Shown piece by piece: positions 56,901 to 64,000 of a DNA stretch of 64,000 nucleotides. Under the pieces are notes generated by a model. It saw nothing but the letters and a program-made list of their open reading frames with translations, ran no database searches and was not told the origin of the DNA. Every line of letters begins with the position of its first letter. The stretch's first letter is position 1. The position numbers and the translations under genes were made by a program. Source of the stretch: Laetmonice hystrix (lineage: Eukaryota); the NCBI GenBank assembly GCA_965235115.1, contig OZ249452.1:13516001-13580000 (forward strand), written 5' to 3'.

Positions 56901-59900
56901 GAAAGATGTTTCACAGACACCACTAAAACTCTTCGCATTGTGTTTGGTTTGACTAGCGCTGCTTCGTACACATTACTTGATAACTTCCATGACTGTTGAC
57001 TTATTGTGTTATAACACTTGTTGGATATTATTTGTTGACTCTTTCCTGTAAGTCTCATGTAAATATCTTAGAAAGTATGTAATTCTTTAGCTCCAGTGAG
57101 ATTCGCATCGAAATCTATGGATTTTCAGGATTGTGGTGTTGTGCAACACGGTGGAGTATTATGGGACTTATGATATTTAAAATATTTAGGTTTTGGGTTT
57201 TGGGAAATATCCTAGAATATAGATTGTCATTTTCTAAGTTTACTCAGATTTTTTCAGCCCATTATCCGTCTAGACCTACTACATCAATGACGTGTTTATT
57301 ATGTACCCTGAGCCTCATCGATTAGTATCAATGTGTCATTGATACGTTTGTCATTGATACGTTTGTCATTGATACGTTGTCATTGATACGTTTGTCATTG
57401 ATACGTTTGTCATTGATACGTTTGTCATTGATACGTTTGTCATTGATACGTTTGTCATTGATAAGTTTGTCATTGATACGTTTGTCATTGATACGTTTGT
57501 CATTGATACGAACTGCCATTACCAGTTATGATAAACCCTGTTGTGACCTCCACCAATGTTACAGGAAGGCGTCAGGAAGGAGGCGGTGGCCGCGCTGCAG
57601 AAACTGGCTGGAATCGACGATAAGGACAAGTTGAGGGCAGTCTTCGTGGACATGGGAATTCTTGACTCCTACTCCAGTAAGGAAGATGAGGTAACCATAG
57701 CTTCAGAAACAAGAAACTCAGTCAACCGGAATATACTTGCATGTTGATAAAAGAAATTAATAGAGAGGAACAAAAAGGTTGTGTTAACTTCTCTGTGACT
57801 CCGAAAGACGGCAGGCGAGACTACCCCGGAATCTGGGCCTACCGAGAGCCCAACCAGCAACCCCCCTTTTTTATATTTATTTATTTATATGTGTTTAGTC
57901 TGATGTGAATTTAAAGGGTACCCAGCCCATTCTCGCCCTTTCCGGTGTTGCACTACCCTAACTTTCCACTCTAGAGTGATATCATCCTCGGATCAGAACA
58001 CTCTTAAAGTGCTCTAGTCCTAGGTTCAGAACACTCTAGAGTGATATCATCCTATGATCAGAACACTAGAGTGATTTCATCCTAGGATCAGAACACTCTA
58101 GAGTGATTTTGTCCTAGATTCAGAACACTCTAGAGTGATTTCATCCTAGTTCAGAACACTCTAGAGTGATTTTGTCCTAGGTTCAGAACACTCTAGAGTG
58201 ATTTCATCCTAGATTCAGAACACTCTAGAGTGATTTCATCCTAGGTTCAGAACACTCTAGAGTGATTTCATCCTGGGATCAGAACACTCTAGAGTGATTT
58301 CATCCTGGGATCAGAACACTCTAGAGTGATTTCATCCTGGGATCAGAACACTCTAGAGTGATTTCATCCTGGGATCAGAACACTCTAGAGTGATTTCGTC
58401 CTAGATTCAGAACACTCTAGAGTGATTTCATCCTAGGTTCAGAACACTCTAGAGTGATTTCATCCTAGGATCAGAACACTCTCGAGTGATTTCATCCTGG
58501 GATCAGAACACTCTAGAGTGATTTCGTCCTAGATTCAGAACACTCTAGAGTGATTTCATCCTAGGTTTAGAGCACTCTAGAGTGATTTTGTCCTTGGTTC
58601 AGAGCACTCTCAAGTGATTTTGTCCTAAGTTTAGAACATTCTCGAATGATTTTATACGGGGTAGTGATTTGATACTCGTATACCGGTCCTGTTACTGATG
58701 CTGTGGTATGGTCTGGTCACGTCCCAGGATGATGTCTTGGCGGCGTTAGCTGAGAGAAGAGCTGCTGGAGATGACGGGACACTAGTGGAGGATGAGGAGG
58801 GGGAGAAACCGGACTCGCTCCAGTCGTGGATGGACTCGGCGGAATGGGCAGTACCTGGTGACCCCCAAAACACGGAGGTAAATTACCTCAGCCTCAGGGT
58901 CATAAAATAAGAAATATAAACTCAATCCATTGCGATAAAGATTATTAATCATGCATCTATATTTTGTAAATAGTTAACAATTAATGAGAAAATAAACTTG
59001 AACAGCGTAGCTTCAGGTTATTTTACAGAAAAAACGAGAGAAAGAAAAAAGTGATATCTCCAGAAGGAGGAAGCGAACAAAAGTGGAAGGTAAGCAAAGA
59101 ATTATAATGAGTTTCAGAGAATAGTAACAATGTCAGAGGGCAGAATAAAGAATAAATGTATTTCTGATAAAGAAAATCCACTGTTTGTAACAACCTTTTA
59201 GTTTTAGACATTCTTGGCATTCTAAAATTGTATTTTATATTACAGATGGCAGGAGGCGGTATGACGTCACAGATGTCCGGTCAGTACCGGTTGCAGCCTT
59301 TTTATGATTCCATTTATTTATTTATTTTATTTTATTTTCTCTGGCTCAACCTCTTGATTGTTATAAACAGCGAGAAATGAAAAGTATCTTTTTAAAAAAC
59401 GTAAATATTAACAAAGTTTTTTTCTGATGACATTTCATCATCTGAGTCCAGTGATAACCTTGATTTGACCTTGTTCAGATTGCCGGGAAAAACTCGGACG
59501 ATGCAGTACCGGACTAATACCAGTAGAGTCACGACCCCTGGTAGTGATAACTCGACCCGACTCCGGTAAGTGTTGCCAAGGCAATGTGAATTCAAACATT
59601 TAGCTTTAATTTAAGATCTTAAGCTTTTTCATGAGAAACATGTACTTAGATGTGTATTCTTTTAGAAAAAGTTTGGCTTAGAAATGTAAGATCCTTTCAA
59701 AGTTACATTTAGCAAGGACGTCCTTAAAATTGGTTAGGGACTGAGAATCATCTGGGTTAGAACTTTACATTGGTTTGCGTTGTCAGTATTACTATGTTTA
59801 AATCTTATAACTCATTTATCATTTAAAATCCGAGATAGGACTACCCATCGTTGTTCTGCTGTTTCTTAAGTTACCTTTTTGTTGGTCAACCTCTCCTGTT

Positions 59901-62900
59901 AATTTAAGGTCGGCCGTATCACCCATAGCTTCCTCACGGCCAAGGGCACTCACTGTAAGGTCAAGCCTTAGTGTAGTGTCAAACACAGGAGATTGTGACT
60001 CTGAGTCTGAGTCTGAGTCTGAGTCTGATCATGAGCCTGGGCCTGAGTCTGAGCCTAAGTCTGATAATGGCTCTATGACCCCTCAGTCTTGCTCACCTGT
60101 GTATGTCGGATCAGAGCTGTAAGTTAATGGCTTCAGGCTGCTGTGCACTTTGTAGATGTGGGTTTTTTCTATGCCTTCTGACAGGCGTGGCGTTTAATGA
60201 CTACATTTAACCCTGATAATATGTAATCGATCATGTCTAACAAAAGTTTTGCTGGTGTACACAATATAATAAACATAGCTCCTGTATATGACAGACATCA
60301 GTCAAACATCACCTGGAGATATCATTTTATGTACAAAACCTGTGGTCCACGAGTGTTGAACTTCAGGAATTAACTAACATGTATTGTATATCTTTATCTG
60401 TAATATTAATATTGTAAAACTAACTTCAAGGGGGCGATGGGGCTATTTAACCCCCCCCCCCCCCCGATCCCGTGGAGTTTGAGAAAGGAGGGGCACGAGG
60501 GTAACTTAACTTACCCTAGCCACAATTTGCCAGCGTAGTCCTAAACAACCCTTTCGTTGTTCCACACAGTGATGTTTTGTGACTACCCCATTGATCTGAT
60601 CAGATTTGAATGTTTGCGGTTACATTATACAAACCTGTATAAATAAGACCAGAACTTGAATTTGTAGAGGATGCTTTAGCCGTAAATTGTGAGGCACCTG
60701 TGTTAGATATCGAAGCATTTAACTGCATCTGTAGAGAGGCTATTCCGTAGCATTACGTTCCCTCAGTTTCAAATGGTAATCACAGATGAGAAGTATTAAT
60801 TTTAAGACATGTTGTTAATTAATAATGACCATGTACTCATAATCATGATCTCATGATCTTGATGTGATTTCAGTGTTTAATGAGAATATTGCAAAATTAA
60901 TATTGTGTTTGACTGAACTTTCCCCACTCTGCGTCCATTCCATTCTAGCGGTCGCAAAAAGAAGTTGTTGCCAACGCGACCCGAGTTGTACAAAGTATAC
61001 GATGACCAGGCTTCGATCCTGTCCGAATCTGATCCTGTCAGTGACCATGGTGACAAGACGGAGTCCCTAGCAACAGAATCAGAGAAAAATGGCGCGCAGC
61101 GACTACCAGGTGGGTGACTTGGTCTTCCTGGGAATGAAATAAAATCCAATGGCTGGGCCTGGAATTGTTGAAAACACTTTCTGGGTCGTAAACAGTCCAA
61201 AAAATTCGTACGATTTCAGCCTTGCTTGGATACTCATTGAGTGGGGGAGAAATTAAAAAAAATTGTTTAAAAGAATTTCGAAATAGTAATGCTTTTAGAT
61301 TCCGCCAGGTGGCAAACGACCGATCAGCTGACAACGTAACAAGTCCAGTATGATACCAGTTTTGAAACTCCCAATAAACAGAGGAGCATTCCTCCCAGCC
61401 GGAGCTTGATTTCACTGAATGCCCCCTGGTGTCTTTTTTCATGCCAATCAGCCCTCATCGACAAGCGCCATCTAGTGAGCGAAGACAGAGATGACCAGGA
61501 CACGGGTATCGGTACTGACCCCGACTCGGACATCATCTCATCGTTCGAACCCGGGAGCTGGGAAGGTTTACTACCGGTCAGTCTACAAACACCTCCTATT
61601 GAAATAATTCTCACATGTGTGAGGACTCAGTGTTAAAAATCCTCTCTCTTTCCTCAAAGTCGGGATTTTATTTTTGGTAAACAGATGAATGCGGAATAGA
61701 AAATGCTGACGCAGTTTACTCAGTTATACAAGAAAATCCACTGTTTGTAATACAAGTTTTGTGTCATGGCTCGAAGGCAGAGGAGAGATCCGTAAATATT
61801 ATTATTTTCAAGAAAACAAAAACATGGATCATAAGGTATACAAGTCGTGCTGGTCTATGCTGTTTTTATAAACTTGCATTTATGAAGCTACATTTGATCA
61901 GTTGGTCCAAGACTTTTATACCCGACCGCGAGCTCACAATTTAGTTCAGTGTGTCTGTAAGTAAAATGTAAAGGCAGGTTCGTAAATGGAAGCACACAGA
62001 CTTATAGAGAAAGACGTGTGCACCAACATATGGTAGACTTGATTGTACCCGACACATGTTGGTTGAGGGTCGTTCTTGTCGTTTACATACAGTACCTGGC
62101 TCGGAATGACGAGGCCGACTCGGGGATCCAGTCCGACGACCAAGGCAGCACCAGGGCAGGTGAGAATGGCAGGGACTCACACATACCAACATTGCGATTT
62201 AGATTGCGATTTTACCTATCCGTATAACAGTCAAGGTCACATACGGCGCGAAGGGAACTCTAACCAAAGCTTTAGACCATGCACTGACCCACCACGGCCC
62301 CTATAAATAGTGGGAGATATGTCTGAGGGAGCATTGATTGGTGAACACATGAGTTGTTTCACTGACTTGTTTCTATTACAGAACACTCCCTGATACGTCG
62401 GGGCATGCCGCAATTAACACCAATCAAATCAAGCTCTCACATCGAGGCTCCTGGTATCCCAGGTAACGTGGATGTCTCCGTTTGGTTTGTTTAAGCTGGT
62501 TCAATGGATGGTCAAACAAATGTTCTTCCAACAAATTAAACACAAACTAAGATGCAAAGAGGATGGATCTTGCTTGGTTTTGGAAATGAGGGAATTAGTT
62601 TGCAGAGAAAGAAAAAAAACATAAAAATCCTTTTATATCAAAATGACAAATGGTCCACTATTTATAGTCTTTATCCCACTAACTGCCAGTTTACCCGGAG
62701 AACTGGCGGGAATTTTTTGACCGGCCCAGCGCTCAGCAGAGACGGTTACTGGAGGAACGGAGGCTGGCTGCCCAGGAGGAGTACAGGAGGAGGGGTCGCA
62801 TGTCGCTACCTCCCATACACTACCTGGAGGAAGACAGGAGTCTGGTGCCTGGAGAGGTCGGGGTTCGGTTACTACATACTGTCGGGGTCAAGGAACGTGG

Positions 62901-63638
62901 CAAGGTTAGCCAGGCCTCATCACTCTAGTAATTGTTTATTGTATTGTTTTAACCAGAGAAGGAACCCTGACATATGTTGTTGTCGGAAAGCACTTTTATT
63001 TCTGACTGAAAAATTAAGCTAGAATCATCAGTTCCGTGTCCTCAGAGACCTGACTCCTATAAATACAATCATTTTTCAGGTTTTATTCAGCAGTGGTAGG
63101 GGTTTGTATACCAGACACTAGTATTTCTGTTTAACCTGTATTATAATTGCCCGCCAGCTCGACCAGGGAGGAGGTACGATAGAAGGCCCGGCGGTATCAT
63201 CTCGACGGCTCCGAGTTCATGACGTCCCCAGTAAACTGTCCGTCCACACAACCACACAGTAAGTATCCACTGGTGACAAAGTGAACACCTTTTGTCATGT
63301 TAACCAGGAGGTTGCATAGATTCTAAGTGCCAGGTCCGAGTACTGCAAGACAAACCAAGTAGTAAAGCCATGGCGATTTCAATATTCTTCTCTCTTTCCC
63401 CTTTTTAAAAGCCAAATTTTATGTCACAGAAATTACTGGTAATTCAGACTTTGATTGTGTGATCTCCAGAACGGAAGGGTTATCCCGATTTGGTATCCTC
63501 GACCTGAAGTGGAAAGCCAGCGTTCCAGGGGTTGTCATGGGAACATCATTTGACGGTCCGCGCCAGACGGCTCAAGGGTACGACCCTACTGGCACCCAAC
63601 CCCTACCACTGCTGATTGGGAACGAAACAGACAAGTAA
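38501..63638 (+). CDS. WDR87-like: WD repeat-containing protein of the WDR87/WDR97 family (WD40 propellers + HEAT repeat + disordered tail), 44 coding exons, ~1,590 aa
   Basis: Phase-consistent GT-AG exons: 38501-38641, 39327-39484, 39966-40017, 40200-40303, 40422-40497, 40941-40997, 41339-41422, 42114-42166, 42468-42592, 43136-43224, 43333-43440, 44000-44095, 44522-44596, 44829-44898, 45449-45555, 45781-45846, 46151-46375, 46606-46679, 46824-46923, 47355-47423, 47644-47759, 48686-48752, 51487-51536, 51698-51906, 52414-52536, 52669-52757, 52964-53107, 53316-53421, 53728-53805, 54374-54513, 54750-54922, 55399-55576, 57565-57690, 58728-58877, 59029-59089, 59246-59279, 59479-59565, 60949-61109, 61452-61576, 62093-62159, 62382-62462, 62690-62904, 63158-63258, 63470-63638 (4,779 nt, ends TAA). 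WD motifs: ITAAKDGSIKVWN, GHFDVITG, SSSLDGTVRIWR, SSGDDAKIKIWA, SSGEDGMLKVWD. Motifs matching my recollection of WDR87/WDR97: DGSVRLLSPVTG, LCFANPTGDIL, APDGYIPNSVVR. HEAT: LLDDN/EGVRKEAVAALQKL. The start could be ATG 38501 or 38522, and tail exon boundaries are less certain. Confidence 0.85.
39096..39163 (+). tRNA. tRNA-Glu(TTC)-derived sequence, probably a pseudogene (damaged 5' acceptor strand)
   Basis: Anticodon arm CCTGC-CT TTC AC-GCAGG, T-arm CCGGG-TTCGATT-CCCGG and 3' strand TGTGGGA(A) are intact. The 5' end TCCCCATCCTAGTGGTAGG is shorter than the canonical TCCCACATGGTCTAG(T/C)GGTTAGG. Lies in an intron of the WD40 gene. Confidence 0.7.
41034..41160. repeat. 23-bp minisatellite TTAGAGTAATTATCTGGCATTGA
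   Basis: About 5 tandem copies, intronic. Confidence 0.9.
45258..45355. repeat. (CCCTG[T/C]/CCCTAC)n hexamer microsatellite
   Basis: Source of the CPCPCP ORF at 45150-45356. Confidence 0.9.
49515..49720. mobile_element. TTAA-flanked MITE with 21-bp perfect TIR TCCCCCACTTACCTGTCCTAT
   Basis: TTAA at 49511-49514 and 49721-49724. The inverted copy ATAGGACAGGTAAGTGGGGGA lies at 49700-49720. Confidence 0.75.
56021..56122 (+). CDS. Candidate alternative cassette exon (34 aa) of the WD40 gene
   Basis: ATCAG|GAC...CAG|GTTAGA, phase 0/0, open frame DQHEVEKVHLTPTESPLVQRQVAVINMGADMLDQ. Confidence 0.45.
56458..56778 (+). CDS. Candidate alternative cassette exon (107 aa, Ser/Arg/Pro-rich) of the WD40 gene
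   Basis: ACCCAG|AAC...GGG|GTGAGT, phase 0/0. GC-rich open frame (part of ORF 56380-56952) inside an AT-rich intron. Confidence 0.55.
57334..57510. repeat. 15-bp minisatellite TGTCATTGATACGTT
   Basis: About 11 tandem copies. Explains the KRIND and LSLIR ORFs. Confidence 0.92.
57965..58650. repeat. ~32-bp minisatellite TCAGAACACTCTAGAGTGATTTCATCCT(A/G)G(G/A)(A/T)
   Basis: About 20 tandem copies, most containing the palindrome CACTCTAGAGTG; intronic. Confidence 0.92.
59998..60062. repeat. (TCTGAG)n hexamer microsatellite
   Basis: Tandem TCTGAG and CCTGAG units. Confidence 0.8.
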
Positions 63639-64000
63639 CATGCTCATTTTGTGGCCATAAATAAGCATGATCAATTAAGTAAACCTACTACAAAACAGAC
63701 AACGTCAGGCACCGCGCTGATGTCCATGGTCCAGCTTGATTGAGCCATTACTACTTATTCTATAAAGAAAAAAAAAACAAAAAACGTGTCCGCCCACAAT
63801 CTCTCATTTTAAATCTTACGAAGTGTATGACCTAAGGCTAGCCATTGCCCCCCCCCCCCCCTAATTTTCTCCTTCCTCCCTGACTTTTTATAAGTTTGCG
63901 TCACTCTTCACAGGGCAAGTTTGGTTTCTCAGTCTGTACCGTTGGACAGCTGCTCTGTTCACCGCCTTCCCAACATACACGGCACCGGATTCAGGATGGA

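Noticed and set aside
57328-57634. KRIND / LSLIR repeat ORFs
   Set aside because: Translations of a 15-bp intronic minisatellite.
57965-58650. CRISPR-like 32-bp palindromic repeats
   Set aside because: Head-to-tail tandem units with no unique spacers; an ordinary minisatellite.
2100-63870. Many poly-G/poly-C tracts and short GGATCC/CAGTGG elements as individual regulatory features
   Set aside because: They mostly belong to abundant short repeat families whose boundaries and TSDs could not be fixed. Homopolymer lengths are also prone to sequencing error.

Overview
Eukaryotic, intron-rich genomic window. The long G/C homopolymer tracts, frequent TAGGCCTA motifs and short TIR elements resemble an invertebrate deuterostome such as an echinoderm (inference). 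(1) 1-24 kb has no securely identified gene. It holds non-autonomous DNA transposons (a fold-back element with a 4-bp TSD nested in a 6-bp-TSD MITE, a 2-kb CACT-ended element, two TTAA-flanked Kolobok-like copies) and a composite satellite block at 13.3-18.9 kb that hides an Asp-rich reading frame. (2) A + strand gene (5 coding exons, 25120-36849) encodes a ~2,630-aa protein I do not recognise. Its 7.2-kb last exon carries three tandem repeat families (32, 29 and 56 aa) and 19 copies of a P-x-W-F motif. (3) A complete + strand WDR87/WDR97-family WD40+HEAT gene (44 phase-consistent coding exons, 38501-63638, ~1,590 aa) contains two extra phase-0 candidate cassette exons, an intronic tRNA-Glu remnant, MITEs and minisatellites. 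All gene models were assembled by eye from GT-AG sites and reading frame; no database search was run. The best candidates for something undescribed are the giant repeat protein and the unclassified CACT-ended element.
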